A stretch of DNA of 64,000 nt, taken from positions 56,370 through 120,369 of the forward strand of contig CAYNSH010000001.1 of the NCBI GenBank assembly GCA_964399775.1, read 5' to 3'. The notes under the pieces were generated by a model. The model saw nothing but the letters and a program-made list of their open reading frames with translations. It searched no databases and was not told the origin of the DNA. Positions 29,046 to 37,938 of this stretch are shown one piece after another (position 1 is the first letter of the stretch; each line of letters begins with the position of its first letter). The stretch is from an uncultured Verrucomicrobiota bacterium (GTDB lineage Bacteria > Verrucomicrobiota > Kiritimatiellia > CAIQIC01 > Lenti-01). Made by a program: the position numbers and the translations under genes.

Positions 29046-29255
29046 GAAAACCATGACGATCCGGAGACTTGGCAACCACGAATAGCACGAATGAACAAGA
29101 ATAGAGAACGGATCCGGGGTTTTACCATTCGTGTAGATTCGAGTGATTCGTGGTTGGCTGTCTTGATAGAAATCCAGTAACCACGAATAGCACGAATGAA
29201 CACGAATAGAGAACGGGTCGGAAGCTTAACATTCGTGTATATTCGAGTTATTCGT
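29046..29255. repeat. Right copy of the flanking repeat, with one extra degenerate unit.
   Basis: A direct repeat of 28466-28633. The GTG that opens ORF 29254 lies inside it. Confidence 0.8.
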
Positions 29256-29274
29256 GGTTAAATCAATCCCAGTG

Positions 29275-30399
29275 ATGCGAATTATCCTGTTGAACACGGC
29301 GCCTCCGGATCGGCCGGACGGCAGCATGGTCCGGTATGGCCGCATGGTCCGCGAGGCCTTGGAACGCCATGGCGGCGGGGCGTTCCAGGTGGAGGAAATC
29401 AACCTGGCTCCGGCGCAGGCTTGGTTGTCGCGGTTTCCGGCGCGCGTACAGACCCCCATCCGCTATGCCCGGATTGCGCTGGCCGCGAGGCGGCTGCTGC
29501 GCCGGGAGCACAACGCGATCCTTCACCTGCTGGATGGCAGCCACGCCTATCTGCTGGGTGTCGTTCGCCGTCTCCGCTCGCCGCTGGTGGTGACGGTCCA
29601 TGATCTAATCCCCCTCCTGCGGTTGCGCGGCGAGCTGGGCGATTTCCGGCCCGGGTGCATCGGCGGCTGGCTGGTCCGGCGCGCGGCGGACAACCTGGCG
29701 CGGGCGGATGCGGTGGCGGCAGTCAGCGCCAATACGCGCGCAGACGTGATTCGCCTGGCCGGCCTACCGCCGGAGCGCGTGCATGTCGTCCCCCATGCGA
29801 TGGACCTGGAGGCCGCCGTGCCGGCGCCGGGTCCACCCGCGTCGCCGCCCTATCTGCTCCACGTGGCGGGCAACAACACCTTCTATAAAAACCGGCAGGG
29901 CGTGGTGGAAGTGTTCAAACAGGTCCGGCGGTCCGAACCCGTGCGGCTCGTTCTGGCCGGTGCGCCGCCGGATGCCGCGCTTTCAGCGAAGGTGGCGGCC
30001 TCGGGCCTGGCATCGGAAATCGAATTTCGCCCCCACGTGACGGAGGCGGAATTGGCGTCGCTCTACCGGAATGCGGCGCTGTTGCTGTTCCCCAGCTTGT
30101 ACGAAGGCTTTGGTTGGCCGCCGCTGGAGGCGATGCTTCAGGGCTGCCCCGTGGTCTGCTCCGACGCCGGCTCGCTGCCCGAAGTCGTGGGCTCCGCCGC
30201 CTTGACCGCCCCGCCCGGCGACATCGCGGCCCTGGCCGGCCATGCGGTCCGGCTGTTGCGCGATCCCGGCCTGCGCCAGCGCCTGGCCGAAGAAGGCCTG
30301 CGGCATGTGCGGACTTTTACCTCCGAAGCGCTCGCATCCCGGCTCTGCGCGGTCTATCATCTGGCGGCTCAGGTGTTTTCAGGAAAAGGTCAGACGTGA
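29275..30399 (+). CDS. Family 4 glycosyltransferase.
   Basis: MRIILLNTAPP…LLLFPSLYEGFGWPPLEAMLQGCPVVCSDAGSLPEVV. Confidence 0.75.
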   Translation: MRIILLNTAPPDRPDGSMVRYGRMVREALERHGGGAFQVEEINLAPAQAWLSRFPARVQTPIRYARIALAARRLLRREHNAILHLLDGSHAYLLGVVRRLRSPLVVTVHDLIPLLRLRGELGDFRPGCIGGWLVRRAADNLARADAVAAVSANTRADVIRLAGLPPERVHVVPHAMDLEAAVPAPGPPASPPYLLHVAGNNTFYKNRQGVVEVFKQVRRSEPVRLVLAGAPPDAALSAKVAASGLASEIEFRPHVTEAELASLYRNAALLLFPSLYEGFGWPPLEAMLQGCPVVCSDAGSLPEVVGSAALTAPPGDIAALAGHAVRLLRDPGLRQRLAEEGLRHVRTFTSEALASRLCAVYHLAAQVFSGKGQT

Positions 30400-30401
30400 G
30401 C

Positions 30402-31835
30402 ATGGGGCAGATCAACGACATGCCGCTGGGGCCGGGCTTGCTCCACATGCCGCCGGGGCTTGGCGAGAATGCCCCGGGGACCATCCTGCCCATCGGGCCG
30501 CTGATGCGGCGGCTGGCCGAACGCCTCGATGCGGATGGGATCTTATGGGCCGTCCTTCGCCAGGCAGACGGATTGCCGGAGCATACCCGCTATGACGTGG
30601 ACTTGCTCGTCCGGCCACGCGACCGGGATGCGGCCATCCGGATCCTGACGGAGTGCGGCGCGGAAACTGGCTGGCGCATCGCGGGGAGAATCCACAAGGC
30701 GTTCTATGAGTGCCTGCTGCTGGTGCGCGGGTCGGCGGATGGGGATGGCGTCTTTTTCCCCATCGACCTGTTCACCGCGCTGGAGCATCGCGGATTGCGG
30801 TATCTCGACGTGGAGGAGGCCCTGCGCGGACGGGTGCGGCTGGCCAACGGCTTCTGGACGTTGCCGCCGGGCATGCAGGCGGCGGTCACCCTCTTGAAGG
30901 AACTCCTGCCCCATGCCAAGCTGAAGGAGAATTCGCGCGCACCGGTGCAGCGGCAGGCGGCGGCAGATCCCGAAGGATTCCGGCAGGCCCTCGAATCCGC
31001 CGCCGGTCCGGATGAAGCGGCGCGGTTGGTCGAGACCGTCCGGCAGGGAGCGTGGACATGGTCGAAGGTGGAGGAGGACCGCTTGCGCGCCGCCATACGC
31101 CGGCGTTCACCCGGCTGGCGCTTGGGATTGCTGCGGTCGGCGTGGGCCAACTGCCGGCACCTGTTGCGACCCGCCGCGGGCCGCGTCATTTGCCTGGCGG
31201 GCGCGGACGGCTCGGGCAAGACCACGCTGGCGCGCGGATTGTTTGCGCACCTGTACAAGCAGCCGTTCAAGGCCTGCCGCTATCTCCACGGCAACGCCGT
31301 CGTCCTGCCGCGATTCCGCGACCTGCGCGCCGGTTTGCGCCGTCTCGTCGGCCGGCCGGGTCCCACAGCCGTTGCGGAGTCCTTCGATCCGCCGCTGAAA
31401 GGGATGATGGTGCCGGTGGCCGCATGGAAATCCATCGCCCTGGCGTTCTACTATGCCGTGGATTGGATGCTGGCCCGCCCGCTCCTGCGCCGCTGGCGCG
31501 GGCAGTGGACGCTGGTGATCCTCGACCGCTCGTTCTACGATTTTTATTTTCAACTCGGCCATCGGCGCTGCCCGCGGGGCGTGTTGAATCTCCTGTCGCA
31601 CTTGGTGCCCAAACCGGATCTCTTGCTGTGCATCGAGGGCGATCCGCCGCAGATCCACGCCCGCAAGCCGGAATTGACGGTCGAGGAAATCCGCATCGAG
31701 CAGGAAATCCTGCGGGAATTGGCCAGTCGCCTGCCGTTTGCCTGCCGTCTGGATGCCTCGGGCGGCATCGAGGCCATGGTCGCGACGGCCCGTGCGCTGG
31801 TGTGGAAGGAACTGCTGGGGGAGGGAGAGCCATGA
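30402..31835 (+). CDS. Two-domain protein: an N-terminal pol-beta-superfamily nucleotidyltransferase-like domain plus a C-terminal P-loop kinase-like (dNMP/thymidylate-kinase-like) domain.
   Basis: The N-terminus has RYDVDLLVRPRD (DxD). The C-terminus has LAGADGSGKTTLARGL…ILDRSFYD. Start at codon 97 of ORF 30114, preceded by GGAAAAGG. Confidence 0.5.
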   Translation: MGQINDMPLGPGLLHMPPGLGENAPGTILPIGPLMRRLAERLDADGILWAVLRQADGLPEHTRYDVDLLVRPRDRDAAIRILTECGAETGWRIAGRIHKAFYECLLLVRGSADGDGVFFPIDLFTALEHRGLRYLDVEEALRGRVRLANGFWTLPPGMQAAVTLLKELLPHAKLKENSRAPVQRQAAADPEGFRQALESAAGPDEAARLVETVRQGAWTWSKVEEDRLRAAIRRRSPGWRLGLLRSAWANCRHLLRPAAGRVICLAGADGSGKTTLARGLFAHLYKQPFKACRYLHGNAVVLPRFRDLRAGLRRLVGRPGPTAVAESFDPPLKGMMVPVAAWKSIALAFYYAVDWMLARPLLRRWRGQWTLVILDRSFYDFYFQLGHRRCPRGVLNLLSHLVPKPDLLLCIEGDPPQIHARKPELTVEEIRIEQEILRELASRLPFACRLDASGGIEAMVATARALVWKELLGEGEP

Positions 31836-32737
31836 CGTCCCCGGCCGGCACGAAGCTGTGTTGCTGGAACCGGGGTTCCCGCCCCCTGCTGGCCTATGCG
31901 GCGGGCCCGCCTGCGCAACGCCTGCGCGCCGTGGACCTGTTTCCGCGCGGGTCGTTTCAGCGGCGCGCGGCCCATGCGGGCATCCGCCTGCTGGCGCGGC
32001 TCGGACTGGATGCCCGGGGAGAGATCGCGGATCTGCCGGCGGACGGCCTGCTGTCCATGGCGGATCTCTCCGACCTGCTGGACGAGTTGAGGCAGGGCGG
32101 CGCCACGCCCGCCGAGTGGCTGGTCACGTGGCCGGCCCGGCCGGAGCGCCGACGCCTGTATCTGGTGTTCCGCGATGCCGCCACGGGCCGCATCGGCGTG
32201 GTCAAGATCGGCGCTGGCGAATTCAATCGCGCCCAGTTCGGCAATGAAACCGCATTTCTCCGGCAGCTCGACGGCGGCCGCCATCCCTTTGCCATTCCTT
32301 CCGTGCTCTTCATGCGGGAACTGGACGATGGACGCTCGATCCTCGCGCTTGGCGGGTTTCCCTCGCGTCTCCGTCCGACCTCGCGCTTCCGGGCCGCCCG
32401 CTGGAGCGCGCAGGCGATCGGCCATCTTCAGTCGATGGGCCCGACGGGAATCGCGCATGGCGACCTCGGGCCGGGCAACATGCTCGTGGACGACAACGGT
32501 GGCTTGTTCCTCTTCGATTGGGAAAATGCCTCGGCGACCGCGCCGCCGCGAGTGGATGAAGTGGGTTTCTGGCTCTCCCTGCGACAAGCGCGCGCGTTGC
32601 GCCATCCGCGCCATCTGGCGGCGGAGATGCGCCGGCATTTCCATTCCGTGCCGGACCAAGATTTGCTCGCCGCGCTGGAGTTCCTTCGCGCGCGCGACAA
32701 CCTGGCCGCGGCGAAAATCCTGGAGGCGTGGCGATGA
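31832..32737 (+). CDS. APH-like phosphotransferase (small-molecule kinase fold).
   Basis: IAHGDLGPGNMLVDDNGGLFLFDWENA. ATGA overlap with the upstream gene. Confidence 0.6.
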   Translation: MTSPAGTKLCCWNRGSRPLLAYAAGPPAQRLRAVDLFPRGSFQRRAAHAGIRLLARLGLDARGEIADLPADGLLSMADLSDLLDELRQGGATPAEWLVTWPARPERRRLYLVFRDAATGRIGVVKIGAGEFNRAQFGNETAFLRQLDGGRHPFAIPSVLFMRELDDGRSILALGGFPSRLRPTSRFRAARWSAQAIGHLQSMGPTGIAHGDLGPGNMLVDDNGGLFLFDWENASATAPPRVDEVGFWLSLRQARALRHPRHLAAEMRRHFHSVPDQDLLAALEFLRARDNLAAAKILEAWR

Positions 32738-33936
32738 AGTACAAGCTCGCCATCGTCGAAACGCACCCCATCCAATACAAGGCTCCCTTGTTTCGGAAGT
32801 TGGCGGCGCATCCGCTGATCAAGCCGACGGTCTTGTACGCGATGATTCCCGATGCCGCGCAGCAGGGTTCCGGCTTCGGTGTGGCCTTTTCGTGGGACAT
32901 CCCCCTGCTGGATGGATATCCCTACCATGTGCTGGAGAACCGGGCGAAGAATCCCGCGCCCAACCGGTTCGGCGGGTGCGACACCCCGGGGTTGCATGCC
33001 TGGCTCAAGGAGAACCGCCCCGATGCCGTGCTGGTCAATGGCTGGGTGGTGAAGACCTGCCTGCAGGCGCTGTGGGCCTGCAAGCGCCTGGGCATCCCGT
33101 GCCTGGTTCGCGGCGAAGCCAATCTGCTGCGCCCTCGCGCGGTCTGGAAGTACGCGTTCCACCGGCTGCTGCTGCACCGCTATGACGCCTTTCTGGCAAT
33201 TGGGTCCGCCAACCACGAGTTCTACCGGGTCCACGGTTGCCGCGAGGATCGGATCTTCTTTGCCCCCTATGCGGTGGACAACGACTTCTTCGCCGCGCAG
33301 GCGGCGGAACGGGCCGGGCGTCGGCAAGCCTTGCGCGCGTCCTTCGGCATTTCTCCGGCCTCCGCGGTGTTTCTGTTCGCCGGAAAACTGGTGGCCAAAA
33401 AGCGCCCGGCGGATCTGCTGGAGGCGATTGCGCGCCTACCGGGGGATGTGCGCGGCCGGGCCCATGCGTTGATCGCCGGCGACGGCCCCCTGCGCGGGGA
33501 GTGCGAGCGCGTTGCACGCGCACACGGGTTGGCGACTACATTCGCCGGATTCCTGAACCAGTCGCAGTTGCCCGACGCCTATGCGGCGGCCGACGTCCTG
33601 GTGCTGCCCTCGGATGCCGGCGAAACGTGGGGGCTGGTGGTGAACGAAGCCATGGCGTCGGGGCGTCCCGCCGTCGTGTCCCGTGCGACCGGCGGCTGTG
33701 CCGACCTCATCGTGGAGGGCGAAACCGGGCACGCCTTCGCCTTGGGCGATGTTCAAGAGCTTGCCGGGATCTTTGCGGGGTATGGGGCCGATCTGGACCA
33801 GGCCGCCCGGCAGGGGAGGGCTGCCGCCCGGCACATTCAATCGTTCTGTCATGAAGGGATCATCGATGGCATACTGGACGCCATGCATCGTGTTGTTCCA
33901 GGACCGCAGGAATCGCCGGAACGTTCATCATGCTGA
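32734..33936 (+). CDS. Family 4 glycosyltransferase.
   Basis: …VLVLPSDAGETWGLVVNEAMASGRPAVVSRATGGCADLIVEGETG. ATGA overlap. Confidence 0.75.
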   Translation: MKYKLAIVETHPIQYKAPLFRKLAAHPLIKPTVLYAMIPDAAQQGSGFGVAFSWDIPLLDGYPYHVLENRAKNPAPNRFGGCDTPGLHAWLKENRPDAVLVNGWVVKTCLQALWACKRLGIPCLVRGEANLLRPRAVWKYAFHRLLLHRYDAFLAIGSANHEFYRVHGCREDRIFFAPYAVDNDFFAAQAAERAGRRQALRASFGISPASAVFLFAGKLVAKKRPADLLEAIARLPGDVRGRAHALIAGDGPLRGECERVARAHGLATTFAGFLNQSQLPDAYAAADVLVLPSDAGETWGLVVNEAMASGRPAVVSRATGGCADLIVEGETGHAFALGDVQELAGIFAGYGADLDQAARQGRAAARHIQSFCHEGIIDGILDAMHRVVPGPQESPERSSC

Positions 33937-35327
33937 ATGTGATGCTATTTCTCATTCTGGCGGGCTGCGTCGTTGCGTGGGTCAACTGGCGCTGGGGCGT
34001 GGCCGCGGCCATTGTCGTCGGGCTGGCGCAGGATCCGCTGCGCAAGTTGATCCCGGGCACCCCGGCCTATCTGGCAATGGCGTCGGTGCCGGTATGGGTG
34101 GCCGCGCTGGTCTCCGCCATCCGCGTCCATCCGTTGTTTGTCAACGGATTCTTCACCCAATTCCCGCGCCTGGCCAGGTGGATGAAGCTGTTCGGTTTCT
34201 ATCTGGTCATTCCCGCCGCGATCTCCGCCACCTGGGGCGCCGGGACGTGGAAAATCACCGTCCTTGGCATCATCGTCTATTCCGCCACGTTTCTGGCCAT
34301 GGTGGCGGGCTGGCGATTCGTCCGGCGCCCGGAAGACATCGGGCGTTTATTGGGTTTCTATGCCCTGGTGACGGGCCTTTTCCTGATCGGCGGCCCGCTG
34401 GATTCCCTGGGCTGGAGCGAACGGTTCCCGGCGATTGGCACCGCCGCGATGGGCCACATCTGGGTGACGTATCGGACCGGGGCGCCGGTGTACATGCTGG
34501 CCGGCCTGTTTCGCGGGCCGGACGTGATGGGCTGGCATGCGTCGCTGGTCTTCATGGTGGCGGTCGTCATGGCGTTGCGTTCCAAAGGCGTGACGCGCTG
34601 GCTGTGGATCGTCTTGGCCGCTTGGGGCGTGCTCAACATCTGGTTGTGCGGCCGCCGCAAAATGCTGGCCATGTTGCCGGTTTTCGCCGGATGCTATGTG
34701 TTTTTGATTTTCCAGTTCAAGAGCCTCCGTCGTCTCGTGGCGGTTCTGGGCATCGTGGCGGTCGTGGGAGGATTGGGCTGGTATGTGATTTCGTCTCTTT
34801 TCCAGGACGACGCCGTCGAGCGGTTCTATCTGACCACGATCACGGAGGCGGAGGACCGCGCCTACCGGCACGGATACCAGTCCATATTCAGCACGGTGCG
34901 CCAGGCCGGGTTCTGGGGCTATGGGTTGGGCATGTCCCAGCAGGGCGTCCACAATATTCAGGCCGAAAAGCCGCGTTTGTACCAGGAAAGCGGCCCGCCC
35001 AAACTCTTCGCCGAACTGGGGATCCCCGGCGCTTTTCTTTTCCTGGCCATGGGAAGCATGCTGCTGGCCACGGCCTACCAGGTCATCCGGTACACCCGGC
35101 GCGACCCGGCCTTTTACTACATGGCCGGCATTCTTTCGATCATTGTGGCCAATGCCATCTCGGGGATCGTCTCGGCCCAGATCTACGGGGATCCCCTGGT
35201 GGTGCTGCTGTTGGCATTCTTGATGGGGCTCTTGTTTTCGGGGGCCCGCATCGGGGTCCCACCCGTCGCCGCAGCGGGGCGTCTGTTGGATGAGCCGATC
35301 GTGAACCCATCGGGGAGTGCGCCATGA
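33930..35327 (+). CDS. Second O-antigen-ligase/Wzy-like polymerase family membrane protein.
   Basis: About 11 TM segments plus a periplasmic loop, typical of Wzy/WaaL. Overlaps the upstream stop. Confidence 0.55.
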   Translation: MLNVMLFLILAGCVVAWVNWRWGVAAAIVVGLAQDPLRKLIPGTPAYLAMASVPVWVAALVSAIRVHPLFVNGFFTQFPRLARWMKLFGFYLVIPAAISATWGAGTWKITVLGIIVYSATFLAMVAGWRFVRRPEDIGRLLGFYALVTGLFLIGGPLDSLGWSERFPAIGTAAMGHIWVTYRTGAPVYMLAGLFRGPDVMGWHASLVFMVAVVMALRSKGVTRWLWIVLAAWGVLNIWLCGRRKMLAMLPVFAGCYVFLIFQFKSLRRLVAVLGIVAVVGGLGWYVISSLFQDDAVERFYLTTITEAEDRAYRHGYQSIFSTVRQAGFWGYGLGMSQQGVHNIQAEKPRLYQESGPPKLFAELGIPGAFLFLAMGSMLLATAYQVIRYTRRDPAFYYMAGILSIIVANAISGIVSAQIYGDPLVVLLLAFLMGLLFSGARIGVPPVAAAGRLLDEPIVNPSGSAP

Positions 35328-35902
35328 CCCAACCCAATCCTCCATCCCGGGTCCGCGTGGACCGGGCCGCCTGTCCGAGTCCCCATTCCCGGGCGAACCA
35401 ATGGGCGCGCCTGCTCTGGCAGGCGGCGTGGCTGTTTCTGTTTCGCCCGGTCCCCTGGTTCTGGCACGCCCCCCGGCGCTTGCTGCTGCGACTCTTCGGC
35501 GGGCGTGTGGGGCGAGGCGTGCAGATCATGCCCTCGGCGCGGATCTGGGCTCCGTGGAATCTGGCGCTGGGCGACTACGCCACCATCAGCCACGGCGTAG
35601 ACCTCTACAGCGTGGATCGCATCGAGATCGGCGCCCACGCCACCATCAGCCAGCGCGCGTTCCTCTGCACGGCCACGCACGACGTCGATCATCCGAACAT
35701 GCCGCTCGTCACCGCGCCCATCGACATCGGCGATGGCGCGTGGGTCTGCGCCGAGGCCTATGTGCATCCCGGGGTGTCCATCGGCGCCGATGCCGTCGCC
35801 GGCGTGCGCGCCGTCGTGCTGCACGACGTGCCGCCGGGGCAGATCGTGGGCGGCAACCCCGCAAAATTCCTGCGGATGCGCAATCTCCCGGAATCGGGGT
35901 GA
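35324..35902 (+). CDS. Hexapeptide-repeat (LbH) acetyltransferase, WcaF/NeuD-like.
   Basis: Repeating [LIV]G-x4 hexads: IGDGAWVCAEAYVHPGVSIGADAVAGVRAVV. ATGA overlap. Confidence 0.75.
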   Translation: MTQPNPPSRVRVDRAACPSPHSRANQWARLLWQAAWLFLFRPVPWFWHAPRRLLLRLFGGRVGRGVQIMPSARIWAPWNLALGDYATISHGVDLYSVDRIEIGAHATISQRAFLCTATHDVDHPNMPLVTAPIDIGDGAWVCAEAYVHPGVSIGADAVAGVRAVVLHDVPPGQIVGGNPAKFLRMRNLPESG

Positions 35903-35905
35903 ACG

Positions 35906-36739
35906 ATGGCGGAGCCGGTCCCCATCTCGGCGGTGGTGTTATCGCACAACGAGGCGGCCAACCTGCCGCGCTGCTTGCGCGCCTTGCGCGGCTGCGCCGA
36001 GATCGTTGTCGTGGACGACGGCAGCACCGACGACAGTCCGCGCATCGCCGCCGACTGCGGCGCGCGCGTCGTGGCGCACCCGTTCACCTCTTTTGCCGAC
36101 CAGCGCAACTGGGCGATGGCGGAAGCCGGGTTGCACAACGCCTGGGCACTGCATTTGGATGCCGACGAAGTGATCACGCCGGCGCTGCTAGAGGAGATCC
36201 GCGCGCGGCTGGCGTCGATGGCGCCCGGCGCGGCCGGTTTTTTCGCCCGCAAGGTGATGCTGGGGGAGAAGTGGCTGAAACACAGCGCGGACTATCCGGT
36301 CTTTGTGCCGCGCCTCCTCCACCGCGACGGCCCGCGCTTCGCCATGCGCGGCCACGGCGACGTGCTCGCGTCCGAGCCGGCCGAATCGGTGTTCTTCGCC
36401 GAGCCCATGCTCCATTACAATTTTTCCAAGGGCTGGGCGGACTGGCGCGCGCGGCACCGGCGCTATGCCGCCGCCGAAGCCACGCGCATCCGCAGCGGGG
36501 CGGCTCCGCTTTCCCTGCGCGCGCTGGTTTCCGGAAACCGCACGGCGCGCCGTTCCGCCTTGCGCGCGCTGTCCTACCGATTGCCCGGTCGCCCCATCCT
36601 TCGTTTCCTGTATGCCTATGTGGTTCGCCTGGGATTCCTCGATGGCCGGGAGGGACTGCAGTTCTGCCGCGCCATGGCCGCCTATGAACGCATGATCGAC
36701 CGTGCGCTCCGGTCGCCGTCCGAAACCGCCGCGCCATGA
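35906..36739 (+). CDS. Family 2 glycosyltransferase.
   Basis: ISAVVLSHNEAANLPRCL…VVVDDGSTDDS…LDADE. Confidence 0.7.
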   Translation: MAEPVPISAVVLSHNEAANLPRCLRALRGCAEIVVVDDGSTDDSPRIAADCGARVVAHPFTSFADQRNWAMAEAGLHNAWALHLDADEVITPALLEEIRARLASMAPGAAGFFARKVMLGEKWLKHSADYPVFVPRLLHRDGPRFAMRGHGDVLASEPAESVFFAEPMLHYNFSKGWADWRARHRRYAAAEATRIRSGAAPLSLRALVSGNRTARRSALRALSYRLPGRPILRFLYAYVVRLGFLDGREGLQFCRAMAAYERMIDRALRSPSETAAP

Positions 36740-37938
36740 ACCTTGTGTTGATCAACCAGTTCTTTCCCCCGGCGCAGGCCCCGACCGGAATCCTGCTGGC
36801 GGACCTTGCCGATGAACTGTCCCGGCGCGGCCACACCGTGACCGTGATCGCCTCGGCGGCGGGCTATGGCGCCGAGGCGGGGGGGACGGCGGGTGCCGCC
36901 CCCGGCGTCCACGTGGTGCGCGTAGGTCCGGCGCAGCGCCATCGCAGCGGGCTCGCGGCGAAAGCGCGCGACTATCTCGGATTCTACCGGTGCGCCTGGC
37001 GCGCGCTGCAAGGTCTGCCGGAACGGCCCGACGTCCTCGTGTTCATGACCACGCCGCCGTTCATCGGCCTGATCGGCGCGCATCTGCGAAAGCGCCGGGG
37101 CATTCCCTATGTCCTGTGGAGCATGGATCTCTATCCCGAAGCCCTTGCGGCCCATGGGGTCCTGCGCGATTGGAATCCCCTCAAGCCCCTCCTGCGCGGA
37201 CTGGCCCGCATCGAACGGGGCCGCGCCGCATGCGTGGTGGCCCTCGGCCCGGACATGGCCGCCCGCCTGGACGCTTCCGGCGCATCGCGCGTGGAAACCG
37301 TGCCCGTGTGGAGTTCCCTGTCCGCGACGCCCGACGCGCAGACCTCGGCCCGCGCCCTGCGCCGCGCGCGCGGTTGGGCCGACGACGACATCGTCCTGCT
37401 CTACAGCGGCAACATGGGCCGGGCCCACCGCGCGGAGGAATTCGCCGCGCTGGCCGAACACCTGCGCGGACAGGCCCCGCGCTGCCGGTTCGTGTTCGCG
37501 GGCGATGGCCCGCAGCGCGCCGGATGGGAGCGGCGGTGGGGGGGGGTCTTCGAATTCGGTCCGGCCGTTCCCGGAGAGGCCGTGGTGGCCCATCTGCTCG
37601 CGGCCGACGTGCATCTGGTTTCCCAGCAGCCCGAGTGGCTGGGCGTGGTGGTGCCGAGCAAGTTCCAGGCCGCCTGCGCCCTCGGCCGTCCCACCGTCTT
37701 TGCCGGGCCGCCGCAAAGCTCCATCGGCGGTTGGCTGTCGGAGGCCGATGCGGGCTGGCTCCTGCCGCCGGGCGATGCCGCTGCCATCGGGATGGCGGCG
37801 GAGGGCATCCTCGATGCGCCCCTTCGCGCTGAAAGGGGCGCGAAGGCCGCCCGGTTGTTCGAACGGCGGTTTTCGAAATCCGCGAATGGTGGTAGACTGG
37901 CCGAGTTGGTCGAATCCGCGGCGAAAGAGAATCCATGA
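36736..37938 (+). CDS. Family 4 glycosyltransferase (WcaI-like). Contains a G9 homopolymer at 37538-37546.
   Basis: MNLVLINQFFPP…GT-B fold. ATGA overlap. Confidence 0.7.
   Translation: MNLVLINQFFPPAQAPTGILLADLADELSRRGHTVTVIASAAGYGAEAGGTAGAAPGVHVVRVGPAQRHRSGLAAKARDYLGFYRCAWRALQGLPERPDVLVFMTTPPFIGLIGAHLRKRRGIPYVLWSMDLYPEALAAHGVLRDWNPLKPLLRGLARIERGRAACVVALGPDMAARLDASGASRVETVPVWSSLSATPDAQTSARALRRARGWADDDIVLLYSGNMGRAHRAEEFAALAEHLRGQAPRCRFVFAGDGPQRAGWERRWGGVFEFGPAVPGEAVVAHLLAADVHLVSQQPEWLGVVVPSKFQAACALGRPTVFAGPPQSSIGGWLSEADAGWLLPPGDAAAIGMAAEGILDAPLRAERGAKAARLFERRFSKSANGGRLAELVESAAKENP

Noticed and set aside
28466-29255. The direct repeats as a CRISPR array.
   Set aside because: There are only two long (~170 bp) copies around a protein-coding gene, with internal inverted heptamer arms. 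There are no 25-40-bp uniform repeats with unique spacers, and no cas genes.
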